Assembly: GCA_030690305.1 (NCBI GenBank)
Contig: JAUYHB010000027.1
Coordinates: 79,670-143,669 of the forward strand
DNA: 64,000 nucleotides
Direction: 5' to 3'
Source of the DNA: a bacterium
GTDB taxonomy: Bacteria > Patescibacteriota > Minisyncoccia > Phycocordibacterales > JAGLPS01
A program made the position numbers and the translations under genes. Positions within the stretch are counted from its first letter, which is position 1, and every line of letters starts with the position of its first letter. This document shows positions 29,519 through 39,182 of this stretch, piece by piece. The notes beneath the pieces are model-generated. The model worked only from the letters and a program-made list of their open reading frames with translations, was not told the origin of the DNA and did no database searches.

Positions 29519-30016
29519 ATGAAGGAAGAGGGTTTTTTGTTAACACTTGCTCAGGTTGGAATAGCGTTTGCTGGGTTTAGTGGGCTGATTACTGTATTCA
29601 GGAAATCTGAAAAACCATGGACACTTATTGAAATCGCTGCTGTAAAACTGATTTTGCAGCATACACTTGGACTATTTTGTTTTTCTCTTCTCCCTGTTTT
29701 TATTTTTTATTGGCATGGATCAGAGAAACAAATTTGGAGGATCTCAAGTATAGCGCTGGCTGGATTTTTTTGGGTAGTATTTGTATATAATTGGCAGCAA
29801 CTAAGACGACTAACTAAAGATGGTCACGTTCCGGCACACCCTAAAATGCTAAAACGTATATTTTTTCCCAAAACAGCTGCTGCGGGCATACTTCAAATTT
29901 TTAACATCTTTTTTGACCAATTTCTTCTATATTCCATTGGCCTAGCATGTCTTATTTTTTCGGCAGTAATACAATTTTGGGTTTCTACTATGCGGCACAC
30001 GAGCAACGAGCAATAA
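29519..30016 (+). CDS. Multi-pass membrane protein
   Basis: SD AGGAGG; LLTLAQVGIAFAGFSGLI; about five TM segments. Confidence 0.75.
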   Translation: MKEEGFLLTLAQVGIAFAGFSGLITVFRKSEKPWTLIEIAAVKLILQHTLGLFCFSLLPVFIFYWHGSEKQIWRISSIALAGFFWVVFVYNWQQLRRLTKDGHVPAHPKMLKRIFFPKTAAAGILQIFNIFFDQFLLYSIGLACLIFSAVIQFWVSTMRHTSNEQ

Positions 30017-30049
30017 AAAATAACTGCTTACTATGAAGCAGTTATTTTT
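30016..30049. terminator. Bidirectional terminator
   Basis: AAAAATAACTGCTT-actatg-AAGCAGTTATTTTT. Confidence 0.8.
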
Positions 30050-30063
30050 AAAATTTCGGCTAC

Positions 30064-30168
30064 TTAATCGTAGTAGTTTTGACCTGTGTAAAGCATATAA
30101 ATGCCCGATCCAATTTCAAATACGATAAAGACGCCACAAATTATCTTCACTATCAAGGGTAATTCCAT
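30064..30168 (-). CDS. 34-aa single-TM peptide; absent from the ORF track
   Basis: MELPLIVKIICGVFIVFEIGSGIYMLYTGQNYYD; SD GAGGAGGAG just upstream; stops just before the terminator. Confidence 0.6.
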   Translation of the reverse strand: MELPLIVKIICGVFIVFEIGSGIYMLYTGQNYYD

Positions 30169-30174
30169 TACACT

Positions 30175-30242
30175 CCTCCTCTTTGGCAGTTACAGCCCAC
30201 ATGCGTGATTGCATGTGCAGCTTTTTTCTGCCAAAGAGGAGG
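30175..30242 (-). promoter_or_regulatory. 5' leader hairpin sequestering the SD of the 34-aa ORF
   Basis: Perfect 15-bp stem CCTCCTCTTTGGCAG/CTGCCAAAGAGGAGG enclosing a CACATGC/GCATGTG inner stem. Confidence 0.65.
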
Positions 30243-30396
30243 GCCTTCCCAAGAACACAAAATCCTTTCTTAATCAAAGCATACTATCAAAAATTTGTCA
30301 ATACCACGAGGAGGATCGTTCTTAGAAAATAAAATCCAGCCATATAGAGTCCCCATTTATGTTTAGATAAATTTTTAAGAGATTAAAGAATTGTGT

Positions 30397-30430
30397 CCCC
30401 TTCGTAAATGCAGTAGCATTTACGAAGGGG
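30397..30430. repeat. Isolated perfect 15-bp inverted repeat
   Basis: CCCCTTCGTAAATGC-agta-GCATTTACGAAGGGG. Confidence 0.6.
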
Positions 30431-31400
30431 AAGAAAACCCAAGGGGTTCTCCAAGGGGAAATTTTCAACGCATTTTTTGGCGCGTCCAATTATCCACTAT
30501 TCAATATGGTTCGTCATTGAGCCAGATACCAAGAGAAAGGTTTGCGACTTGTGGAAAAATAGGCTGTACCTATTTTCAATGTGCCCCTCTGCGAGGAATA
30601 AAACATCCCGCTATTTGTCACATTGCAAACGCCTAACTCTCAAAATCTCTCCGGCTCACTGATATAACTCTGCAGTGTATTTGTCCGAAAAACACAGATG
30701 GAGGCTTCTATCTATAGTTTGATCATTCCAGCCCCCTTGCCATTGCCTGCCGGTAAATGCAAAGAATAACTTCTTCGCCGGCCTTTCGGCCGCACGCAAT
30801 GGCAGCGACCTAGAATTCGATGATCTCTAGTTCATCGTCTTTACTTTCCGTGCCAAACGACTTCTCCTCTAACGAAACAATTTCAAATTCTTCATCCGGC
30901 ATAGAAGTAAAGCGGTTGGTTATTAATCTCGACCTTTCCCCCTCTTCTTATGCAAGGGAGTCTACAGATGAGAGCTGGGGTTTAAATTGATAATAAGTGG
31001 GTTCCCTTGTTTCTCTCCTCTGTAGGCTTCCATGCACAAAAGCCCAACTGATCTAAATTCAGCTGGGTTTGGAAAATTTTTAACGTCTCTAAAGTCTTAT
31101 TGTGCGACGTACCAGAGTTATCCACAGTTGTCACATTCGGGGCTACTGTCAAGCACTTCCCCTGAAGTTCATCCGCCATTTCTCAAATCCGACGATATGC
31201 GCGAAAAATAAAAAATTAATAATAATTTCTTTTTCTGAAGAAAAAATTTCAGAAGTTTTTAAAATTTTTGAGAGAAAGAAGAGGGAGTATAAAAACAAAT
31301 GTGTATTTCCCGCCACCTTCCCCCTCCCCCGACAAGGATACCGGGGAATTGTCTGTACAAAAAAACCGCTACGTTAATTTATAAACGTAGCGGTTAAAAC

Positions 31401-32015
31401 TTAAGAACGAAGAGAATTCAGAAACCTTTCCTGCATCGACTTTTCATAGTGACTATCCGCTTCCTGGCCCGCACTGATATTTTCCTGAAACACCTTTCCC
31501 GTCCTCAGGTCATCAAGGGCATATGCAACCATTTCTTCAATGTTGCCTTTAGTCACGAGCGGAAGAGACTGCCCCTTTCCCTTTTCGGAATAATGCAGTC
31601 GATTGACGACATACTGCAATCCAAAAGAAAATGCTTTTCCGAGCCCGGAGTATGAAGGGACATAGAGACTTACCCCTTCCGACCTGTTTGAAAGAACACC
31701 TGTGTTTGAAATGCCGTCATAGTGGATTTTGAACTGATAAAATCCCACGGTTAAAACCGAGAACAAACTACGGCAGTGGTTGAAAGCCCTATCTTCCGAG
31801 GGGGTGGGAATGACGCGCAGGAGATACCCCCTGTCTTTCATAAGGTTTCCTGACAGTACCGAAGAATCACCCAAGATTTTCGGGTGACGAAACAGTTTAA
31901 TACATATGTCGCCAGGACATCCCGTACCCGGTTCGGCGATGAGGATGTATCCTCTTTTGAAAATAAGCTTTGTTGCTATGCTTCCTACATTATTTTTGGT
32001 AATGATGGTAAACAT
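31401..32015 (-). CDS. Hypothetical protein
   Basis: 204-aa ORF with SD AAGGAGG and downstream hairpin at ~31364-31395. Confidence 0.6.
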   Translation of the reverse strand: MFTIITKNNVGSIATKLIFKRGYILIAEPGTGCPGDICIKLFRHPKILGDSSVLSGNLMKDRGYLLRVIPTPSEDRAFNHCRSLFSVLTVGFYQFKIHYDGISNTGVLSNRSEGVSLYVPSYSGLGKAFSFGLQYVVNRLHYSEKGKGQSLPLVTKGNIEEMVAYALDDLRTGKVFQENISAGQEADSHYEKSMQERFLNSLRS

Positions 32016-32144
32016 TCGCCCTCCTTTGTGCCCGTTAGTATTTGGTTATTGTCATGGAACTTTGACTAGGGCACATTCAAACACGGGCCCAGGGAAATTG
32101 CAACAAAAAACCCCGCCGTTTCCAGTAGGGGTTTTTTGTTTAGA

Positions 32145-32639
32145 TTAGTTCTTCGCTATCTCATCCGCGAGGGTAAACTTTGCCCAACATGGAGAGGATG
32201 ACATCCACGGGCGTGCCCCTTCTCTCTCATAGAGGTCGCGGGCATAGGCGAGGTTGCCATCAAGCGTATAAATGTCCAATCCCAATTTTTTTGAGCGTTC
32301 AAGGTGATAATATTCGTTAATCTGCATCACCCCGACATCGGCACGGTTCACTTCTCCACGAAGAATTTTACCGCCCTTATCATACTGACGAAATCGAGAC
32401 TCACAGTACGCAATCTTGGTCATCACGGGTGTGTCGACAAAGTAATGGCGCACATAGAGTTCAACGTTCGTAGCCTTCTCCAACTGTTCCTTCTCTTCCT
32501 TTTTCACCTGAGTAACGGCGGAGGTTTCCACCCCTGCCACAGGAGAATCGGGAACGATAGTGTTGAACGAGTCGGGAATTTGAGTATTGGTTATATTTGA
32601 AAGAGCGAAGATAATGCTAAGTGCGGTAAGTTCTAAAAT
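32145..32639 (-). CDS. Lysozyme-like/SLT lytic transglycosylase, probable ATT start
   Basis: IAYCESRFRQ (catalytic Glu), DVGVMQIN, GNLAYARDLY..G.RPW; frame stays open upstream of 32540 and encodes a hydrophobic leader LELTALSIIFALS back to ATT 32639, with a stop two codons further up. Confidence 0.75.
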   Translation of the reverse strand: MLELTALSIIFALSNITNTQIPDSFNTIVPDSPVAGVETSAVTQVKKEEKEQLEKATNVELYVRHYFVDTPVMTKIAYCESRFRQYDKGGKILRGEVNRADVGVMQINEYYHLERSKKLGLDIYTLDGNLAYARDLYEREGARPWMSSSPCWAKFTLADEIAKN

Positions 32640-32850
32640 AGGCTAAATTTTATTTTGTAAAAGGCAACTTTCGCTTTGGTCTTATCCCCTGCGGAATGAG
32701 ATGTTGGGCGAAACGCCTCTGTCCTGCAAGCCTCCGGAAGAATCAAGAAAGTTTTTTCTATTTCAACCGAAGCGGGCTTTTAGGAAATGAAAAAATCCAG
32801 TTCTTCACTGGACTTCTCTTAATCATAGCAGATTTTAAGAAGAGTGTCAA
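32640..32850 (-). promoter_or_regulatory. Sigma70 promoter and ~175-nt structured leader of the transglycosylase gene
   Basis: TTGACA-17-TATGAT (32850-32822); hairpin TCCAGT-GAAGA-ACTGGA + TTTTTT; further short hairpins. Confidence 0.6.
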
Positions 32851-32920
32851 TCCCCTTTTTGTTTTATAATAGAAGATACGGCTTAACAAAGCCGTATCTC
32901 CCCTACCCTGCCAAATCAGA

Positions 32921-33121
32921 TTAAACTGCCTCTTCCGGCATAATGACCCAGGCTACGAAATAGGCCAAAATCATCGGAAAAACACCCGTTACAACACCCA
33001 AAAGGAGTGTTCCGAGGCGCACAAGAGTCGGATCAAGCTCATATGTCTCCGCAATACCTCCGCATACACCCCCCAGAATCTTGGTTTTAGTTGAGCGGTG
33101 CAATTTTTTCTTATTTTCCAT
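32921..33121 (-). CDS. pspC: PspC domain protein
   Basis: KKLHRSTKTKILGGVCGGIAETYELDPTLVRL...AYFVAWVIMPEE. Confidence 0.92.
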   Translation of the reverse strand: MENKKKLHRSTKTKILGGVCGGIAETYELDPTLVRLGTLLLGVVTGVFPMILAYFVAWVIMPEEAV

Positions 33122-33217
33122 TAAATTTGTATTAAATTAACAATCTTCTATCATCGCTGGCATTCTAGCACAAAAAACAGCCTTTTCGCAAAGAAAAGGC
33201 TGTTTGAAACTATTGTC

Positions 33218-33400
33218 CTACCGAAGGGGAATGGTGGGAGTAAATGAGTTGCCCAGAAAGTTTTGAGACTTTCCAAGGGCGAACTGAAATGTTTTCAGGA
33301 ACAGGACAATGGTCTGTTGTATTTCCGAAAAGATGTCGGGAACAAGAAACTTGAGGAGGATGATAAGCAACCCAAGTCCCAAAACTCGTAATATTCTCAT
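33218..33400 (-). CDS. Small membrane protein (60 aa), paralog of 33952-34107
   Basis: ILRVLGLGLLIILLKFLVPDIF; own promoter TTGATT-17-TATTCT and terminator at ~33174-33206. Confidence 0.7.
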   Translation of the reverse strand: MRILRVLGLGLLIILLKFLVPDIFSEIQQTIVLFLKTFQFALGKSQNFLGNSFTPTIPLR

Positions 33401-33597
33401 AGAGAATGGTTTTGAGAGGGACTTGTATCGCAGACGACTATCTGCGACTGAGGCTTAATCCGCCTACTCCCCCTCTATACCGAAGGCTTTATAGAAACCT
33501 GCGATACAGAGAGGGTTTCCTCGTTCACTATCTTTCGAAACCTCAAAGAACTACCTGTAGAATAGCACGAAATTAACAAAAAATCAAGTCTGTTTTT

Positions 33598-33722
33598 AAT
33601 AAAAAAAGACCGGCGGGTTATGAGCCCGAGGCCGGTCTTTTTGGAACGGATACCTCTACAGAGAAGAACCACCGGACGAAACAGCATTTCAGACAATTGA
33701 AACACTCAACGTCGTGCTACTT
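33598..33722 (-). ncRNA. Candidate small RNA (~120 nt)
   Basis: TTGACC-18-TATACT promoter (33757-33728) and terminator AAAAAGACCGGC...GCCGGTCTTTTTTT; no ORF closes inside. Confidence 0.4.
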
Positions 33723-33757
33723 CCTAAAGTATACAGTTTTTATTAAAAAAAGGTCAA

Positions 33758-33846
33758 GAAAAAAGGCCGGAGGGGGTGTCTATTCCTTAGCTTATGGCTT
33801 CGATATAACCGCCTTTGCCTTTTCCCCTCCAGCTTCCTGCATCCTC
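33758..33846 (-). ncRNA. Candidate small RNA (~85 nt)
   Basis: TATACT at 33856-33851; closing stem GCTGGAGGGG/CCCCTCCGGC followed by CTTTTTT. Confidence 0.35.
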
Positions 33847-33951
33847 ATTCAGTATACATATTTTTAAATAAAAACAAACCACCCCTCCGCCTGTTACAGC
33901 GGAGGGGTGGTGTTAATAAAAGTTACCGAACTACTGTGGGCTCCCAGTTCC

Positions 33952-34107
33952 CTATCTCGCGATAGAAGGAATGGGGCTCGCTTGGAGGAAGTCGGGGCCT
34001 AAAAGCCCAAGCATCGCTTTCTCCATCCCGTCAAACACATCCGGAAAGAATTGTTTGAACGCCAGGACGAGGAAAATGAACCCCGCTACCCGTAATATTG
34101 TCGTCAT
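33952..34107 (-). CDS. Small membrane protein (51 aa), paralog of 33218-33400
   Basis: ILRVAGFIFLVLAFKQFFPDVF; promoter TTGACG-17-TACTAT; terminator at 33878-33911. Confidence 0.65.
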   Translation of the reverse strand: MTTILRVAGFIFLVLAFKQFFPDVFDGMEKAMLGLLGPDFLQASPIPSIAR

Positions 34108-34320
34108 TTCTTTGGACAGAAGAGACTTCACACGGTGCTCGACGCCCACACACCGCATGCGGAAGATTCATCCCTTGATGAAATTCATCTTTCGATGAGC
34201 CACTCCTCTGCAATTCCAATAGTACCACTTTTCAAGCCCTTCGTCAATTACGAATCACTTTTTGGCAAAAGTCAAAAAGGGCTAATTTTGCTTTAAATGT
34301 TCTATACTTAAAAAATACTT

Positions 34321-34950
34321 ATGCACAGCAAGAAGCTAATTCAATACACCATCTCCCTCGGCGCGCTTGCCGCAGTCTTCTACCCTATCTTTGTATGGTT
34401 CGGGAATTCGGATTTGTCGTGGAACAAAACGGTGGTGTTTGAAATTTTCCCCGTGCTTGGGCTGATCGCGTTTTCCATCATGTGGCTCCATATTGTCGGA
34501 GGGCCTTTCAGAGAAAAGTTGGAGCAATATTTTGATTACAAAAAGTTTATGACGATTTCTTCTATCGTTGTTTTAATCTGCATCGTTCTCCACCCCCTTT
34601 TAATCTATGTCGGTTTCTGGCTTATCGGAGTTAAAGGAAGCGGATTTACGTATGCTCCGGGCGATAAACAATACCTCGTATGGTTTGCCATTGTTGCATG
34701 GCTGATTTTTGTCGCTTATGACATTTTAAAGAAATTTAAGAATACCGATTTTTTTGTGCGACATTGGTACATCGTTAAACTCATCGCAACGCTCGGTTTC
34801 TTTCTTATCCTTTTCCATTCCCTCGGTCTCGGAGGAGATTTGCGCACAGGTTCCTTGCGGTATGTGTGGATTTTCTATGGCATTACTGCCGCAATCGCCG
34901 CGATATATACCTACGGCATTCAGCCGTTTTTCAAACTAAAAAGTGTATAA
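34321..34950 (+). CDS. Ferric reductase-like transmembrane protein
   Basis: Six TM segments; LGLIAFSIMWLH, VLHP, LFHSLGLG. Confidence 0.65.
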   Translation: MHSKKLIQYTISLGALAAVFYPIFVWFGNSDLSWNKTVVFEIFPVLGLIAFSIMWLHIVGGPFREKLEQYFDYKKFMTISSIVVLICIVLHPLLIYVGFWLIGVKGSGFTYAPGDKQYLVWFAIVAWLIFVAYDILKKFKNTDFFVRHWYIVKLIATLGFFLILFHSLGLGGDLRTGSLRYVWIFYGITAAIAAIYTYGIQPFFKLKSV

Positions 34951-34953
34951 CAT

Positions 34954-35421
34954 CTATTGAGTAGGCGGTGTTGATACTCGGGACGCTCCCCCAATTTGAA
35001 CTGTTTGAGCGGTTATACTGCCATCTTGGTTCGCCGTACCAGTAATAACAATTTGTTCACCGGTTTTCAAATCGTCTGCCGAACCAACTGTGTTTTCTGA
35101 TATTTTTGTACTTTCCGAAAATAGGATAATCTTTGAACCTCCGTCCTGCAGTTTAACGGTAATACTCTGTTCGTCTTTTGAAATAATTTCTCCCGTAACA
35201 AAAGAAGAGCCTCCCCGCGTACCGTTTCCTTGCATCACTATCCCCACATTTTCACCCAACTGTTGCGTACGCTCTTGCCGCTCTTCGGCGGAAAGATTGG
35301 AAAAATTACCGCCTTGAAATGTCGCGGCAGTATTGTTTTGTGCATACTTCATGCCCCCGAAAAATGAAGCGCTTCCGACAATGACTACTCCGACTACGGT
35401 TCCTGCAATGATTTTATTCAT
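34954..35421 (-). CDS. DUF5666-like membrane-anchored OB-fold protein
   Basis: FFGGMKY; VTGEIISKDEQSITVKLQDGGSKII; DLKTGEQIVITG..NQDGSITAQTVQI. Confidence 0.7.
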   Translation of the reverse strand: MNKIIAGTVVGVVIVGSASFFGGMKYAQNNTAATFQGGNFSNLSAEERQERTQQLGENVGIVMQGNGTRGGSSFVTGEIISKDEQSITVKLQDGGSKIILFSESTKISENTVGSADDLKTGEQIVITGTANQDGSITAQTVQIGGASRVSTPPTQ

Positions 35422-35452
35422 AATTTTTTCTTTATTGTTTAATTTTTACTGA

Positions 35453-36676
35453 TTATTCGTATCTTAATGCTTCTATCGGATTAAGCGCCGCCGCCCGCCG
35501 TGCCGGATAATAACCGAATACTATGCCGATAACCGCCGACACGCCAAAGGCAAGAAGAATTGAAAAAATAGAAACCTCCGTTTGAATAAGTCCTAAAGCG
35601 GTAATCGTAAACGATATCCCCCACCCCAGGACAACTCCGACAAATCCTCCAACAAATGTGAGCATAATTGCTTCCGCGAGAAATTGAAGACTGATATCTC
35701 TGCGTTTTGCACCAATGGCTTTGCGCAGGCCGATTTCTCTCGTCCGTTCGGTAACGGTCGTGAGCATCATATTCATAATGCCGATGCCTCCCACGAGAAG
35801 CGAGATGCCAGCCACGGCGGCGAGTAAAATAGTAAATGTCTGCGTGATGCTTGAAGCGGTTGAAATGATGTCTTCCTGATTCAAAATACTGAAATCCGCC
35901 TGCGTGGAGTCGGAGATTTTATGTCTCATTAATAAAAGGTCGGTGATATCCTGCGCCACCTGTTTCATAACGTCCGCGTCGGCAGCTTGCACGTTGATGC
36001 TGGTTACGTACTTGTCTCCCGTAAGATACCGTTGGGCGGTAATAAGAGGAATGTATATTTGGTCGTCCTGGTTTGTGAAACCGGAACCTCCCTTTGTTTC
36101 AGTTACGCCAACAATTTTGAATTGCAGCTGGTTGATTCGGATTGTTTGTCCTATAACAGAAGCGCCTTCTCCGAACAAATCATCGCTTACGGTGGGTCCG
36201 ATTACGGCGACTTTTGACCCCGAAGCGTTATGCGTATCTGAAATGAACGAGCCTTCGGCTATGGCGACATTGCGCACCGCAGGATAACTTGAAGTAACGC
36301 CAACCACGGACGTATTCGTATTGGTGCCTTTTGCTGTCACCTGATAGCGGCTGGAAACTTCTGGCGAAATAGCGTTAACCGATGAAACTTCGGACAATAT
36401 CGCTTCGGCGTCTTCCAAAGTAAGCGTTTGTGCCGAGCCGCGGCCTGTTGATGCGCCGAATCCTATCGTACGCTGCGCACCGGGTGAAATTTGAATAAGG
36501 TTTGAACCGAGAGATTGTATGCTTGATTGAATCGTCCCTTGTGCCCCCGTGCCAATAGCGACCATCGTGATAACGGAAGAGATGCCGATAACAATGCCGA
36601 GCATGGTAAGTCCCGACCGGACTTTGTTTCCTGAAAGGGCTGTGTATGTTTCGCCTAAAATATCGGAAAATTTCAT
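35453..36676 (-). CDS. MacB/FtsX-type ABC permease
   Basis: [15 protein letters not shown]; [14 protein letters not shown]; [14 protein letters not shown]; PIEALRYE. Confidence 0.95.
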   Translation of the reverse strand: MKFSDILGETYTALSGNKVRSGLTMLGIVIGISSVITMVAIGTGAQGTIQSSIQSLGSNLIQISPGAQRTIGFGASTGRGSAQTLTLEDAEAILSEVSSVNAISPEVSSRYQVTAKGTNTNTSVVGVTSSYPAVRNVAIAEGSFISDTHNASGSKVAVIGPTVSDDLFGEGASVIGQTIRINQLQFKIVGVTETKGGSGFTNQDDQIYIPLITAQRYLTGDKYVTSINVQAADADVMKQVAQDITDLLLMRHKISDSTQADFSILNQEDIISTASSITQTFTILLAAVAGISLLVGGIGIMNMMLTTVTERTREIGLRKAIGAKRRDISLQFLAEAIMLTFVGGFVGVVLGWGISFTITALGLIQTEVSIFSILLAFGVSAVIGIVFGYYPARRAAALNPIEALRYE

Positions 36677-37386
36677 TGGTTTTTTTGGCCGACTTTTCGG
36701 CGAACATGCCGTTTTGAATCGTCAACAATAAGGCCGTCCCGAAGAGAAATGATGCGCTCCGCGTGTTCGGCAATATCATGTTCGTGAGTAATAAGAATTA
36801 TCGTGCGTCCATGCTCTTTATTAAGACGGTCAAAGGTTCCGAGAACGATTTCCCCCGTTTTTGTATCGAGATTTCCCGTCGGTTCGTCGGCAAGAATCAT
36901 CGTCGGGTCATTCACCAAAGCCCGGGCAATGGCAACGCGTTGAATCTGCCCGCCGGAGAGTTCGTTTGATTTATGTTCGAAGTGTTCGGAAGTTAAGCCT
37001 GCGGCGATAAGGGCTTTATGCGCACGCTGTAGCCTTTCCTCTTCGCCGATTCCCGCATATATTAAAGGAAGAACGGTATTGCGTACGACGGTTGTGCGCG
37101 GAAGAAGGTTGAATGACTGAAATACAAAGCCGATGTTTTGGTTACGTATTTCCGCCAATTCGTCATCGGAGAGCTGCGAAACGTCTTTGCCGTTGAGATG
37201 ATATGCGCCGGAAGTCGGCGTGTCGAGGCATCCCAATATATGCATAAGCGTTGATTTGCCCGAACCCGAAGGTCCCATAATTGCGACAAACTCACCGTCC
37301 TGAATGGTAAAAGAAACTCCCCGAAGCGCTTGAAAAGCGGTCTCTCCGGATCCGTATGTCTTGGTAACGTCGCGTATTTCTATCAT
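36673..37386 (-). CDS. MacB/LolD-type ABC ATP-binding protein
   Basis: [25 protein letters not shown]. Confidence 0.95.
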   Translation of the reverse strand: MIEIRDVTKTYGSGETAFQALRGVSFTIQDGEFVAIMGPSGSGKSTLMHILGCLDTPTSGAYHLNGKDVSQLSDDELAEIRNQNIGFVFQSFNLLPRTTVVRNTVLPLIYAGIGEEERLQRAHKALIAAGLTSEHFEHKSNELSGGQIQRVAIARALVNDPTMILADEPTGNLDTKTGEIVLGTFDRLNKEHGRTIILITHEHDIAEHAERIISLRDGLIVDDSKRHVRRKVGQKNQ

Positions 37387-37392
37387 ATTTTG

Positions 37393-39180
37393 TTAGCGGG
37401 AAATGGATGTGCCGCTCCGTACACCTCCACCGCCTATAAGCGATGGCGCACTTTGTGTTGTTGTTTGGGCCGTGCCTGAGGCAATAGTTCGCACGACAAT
37501 CTGTTGTCCTTCCGATACTCCGGATAGTATTTCCGTATTTGTATCATCAGTGAGGCCGATTTCCACGGGAATTCTTTCCGGTGTAACTGCCGATGGCACT
37601 CCCTGTGTACCGCCTGTCACCTGGAGAGCGGGATTGAATACCTGCACATAATTCATGCCACTTTGCGTCACAATCGCGCTTGCGGGAACCGTGAGCACGT
37701 CTTGCCGTGCCTCGGTAATAATGGAAGCGTTGACGGTCATCCCCGGTTTTATCCTTTCATCCTGCGTATCAAAAGAAATCTTAATCGCATAGGATACAAC
37801 GCCTTGCGAAACCGTACCTACCGCATCCATTTCCACAACCTCACCAGTAAGCGTAAGGTCCTCTACCGCATCAAATGTCAGCGTTACTTTGTTTCCGAGT
37901 TTTATTTTTGCCGCATCGACTTCATTGAGAGAGAGTGAAGCTATTTTTTGATTGGTAATAACAGTTGCCGCTGCAGTTCCCGTTGACACCGTATCAAACC
38001 GTTTGATATTTAAAGATGTGATTACGCCGCTAAAAGGTGCCGTAATAGTATAGTTTGCAAGATTGTTTTTAAGCTCTTGCAAACTGCGTTCCTGGTCGGA
38101 AATACTATATGCACTTGATTGAAGGCTGATTGGATTTTCGCCTGTGGGATTACCGATTTTGAGAATTTCCAAATTTCTTTCATCGTCACGTATAGATTTT
38201 TTTGAGGCATCAAGAGACTTTTGTTGGGCTAGAAGCGAACTCAATGTGCTGTTTGTAGTTGCAAGATAGCTTTTTGCATTCGTACGCATAGTGGTAATTG
38301 CAGAATTTACAGTGGTATTGTGCTGATTAGCATAATCGATTGCGGTATCAAGAAGATTGAGAACGCTTTGAAGCGCTTGGGCTATCGCGGTCGTGGTATC
38401 AATTGATTCGGTAAGAATTTTCTCAAGATCATCGCCGCTCGAGTACCGTGTAAGTGTTTTATAATTAATCAGGCCCTTGTCGTATTTACCTCTGGCAATA
38501 GAATGATCGCTTTTGGCCGTGTCGGCAAAATTATTGAAGGTCTCGTATCCCGCATCGTTGACCTGAACCACGTTTATAATAACATCCACGTTCCATTGGG
38601 ACTTACTGGGGCTTAGGTCATATCCATACAATACGTTGTAAAGCCCAGTAACAACGGTGGGTAAATTTAAATACGTGTCCGACAGTGTGTTAAAAGTATC
38701 GTTGTATGTTGAAGTGAGTTCCTTTTTCGCGTCATCAAGCGCTTCATTTGCTTTATCAAAATCAATAGGAGCTTGCGCGGAATCTTTTTGGAATTGTAGT
38801 TTTGCTTGTGCGAGTGACTGTTCGGCGTCCGCAATAGACTGTTTCGCATCCGTTGCATCAATTGAAGCAAGTGCCTGGCCCGCGTACACCGTGTCCCCTG
38901 CTTTTACTCCAACCCAGACAATGTCGCCACCGGCTTTAGGTTTTATGTCTATCGAATCGGAAGAGGAAACCTGTCCTGAAGCGGAAACTGAGGCGATAAC
39001 CGTGCCTCGCGTTACCGTTCCGAGGACATAACGAGTCTCGGTTGTTTTACCGCGCATTGCGGCAAAAGCCGTATACCCTCCGTACACGAGGGCCAGCACG
39101 ATTATCACGCTCACGATTTTATGCGCTTTAGAAAACTTAATTATATTGTTAACGATTTTGTATGAGAAAATTTTTTTCAT
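37393..39180 (-). CDS. MacA/HlyD-family membrane fusion (adaptor) protein
   Basis: N-terminal TM, lipoyl halves VKAGDTV / ITAPFSGVI, long coiled coil, IKPGMTV. Confidence 0.9.
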   Translation of the reverse strand: MKKIFSYKIVNNIIKFSKAHKIVSVIIVLALVYGGYTAFAAMRGKTTETRYVLGTVTRGTVIASVSASGQVSSSDSIDIKPKAGGDIVWVGVKAGDTVYAGQALASIDATDAKQSIADAEQSLAQAKLQFQKDSAQAPIDFDKANEALDDAKKELTSTYNDTFNTLSDTYLNLPTVVTGLYNVLYGYDLSPSKSQWNVDVIINVVQVNDAGYETFNNFADTAKSDHSIARGKYDKGLINYKTLTRYSSGDDLEKILTESIDTTTAIAQALQSVLNLLDTAIDYANQHNTTVNSAITTMRTNAKSYLATTNSTLSSLLAQQKSLDASKKSIRDDERNLEILKIGNPTGENPISLQSSAYSISDQERSLQELKNNLANYTITAPFSGVITSLNIKRFDTVSTGTAAATVITNQKIASLSLNEVDAAKIKLGNKVTLTFDAVEDLTLTGEVVEMDAVGTVSQGVVSYAIKISFDTQDERIKPGMTVNASIITEARQDVLTVPASAIVTQSGMNYVQVFNPALQVTGGTQGVPSAVTPERIPVEIGLTDDTNTEILSGVSEGQQIVVRTIASGTAQTTTQSAPSLIGGGGVRSGTSISR

Positions 39181-39182
39181 AT

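Noticed and set aside
31118-31126. oriC based on a TTATCCACA DnaA box
   Set aside because: Single box, with no cluster and no dnaA/dnaN nearby.
32640-32815. c-di-AMP (ydaO) riboswitch before the transglycosylase
   Set aside because: The conserved GCTGAA, GGGGAACC and AGCTAAC elements are absent.
33775-33826. c-di-GMP-I riboswitch (AAAGGCAAA...AAGCCATAAGCTAAGG)
   Set aside because: Lacks the GNRA-capped P2, the GACGCAAAG junction and the P3 3' strand, and no gene follows directly.
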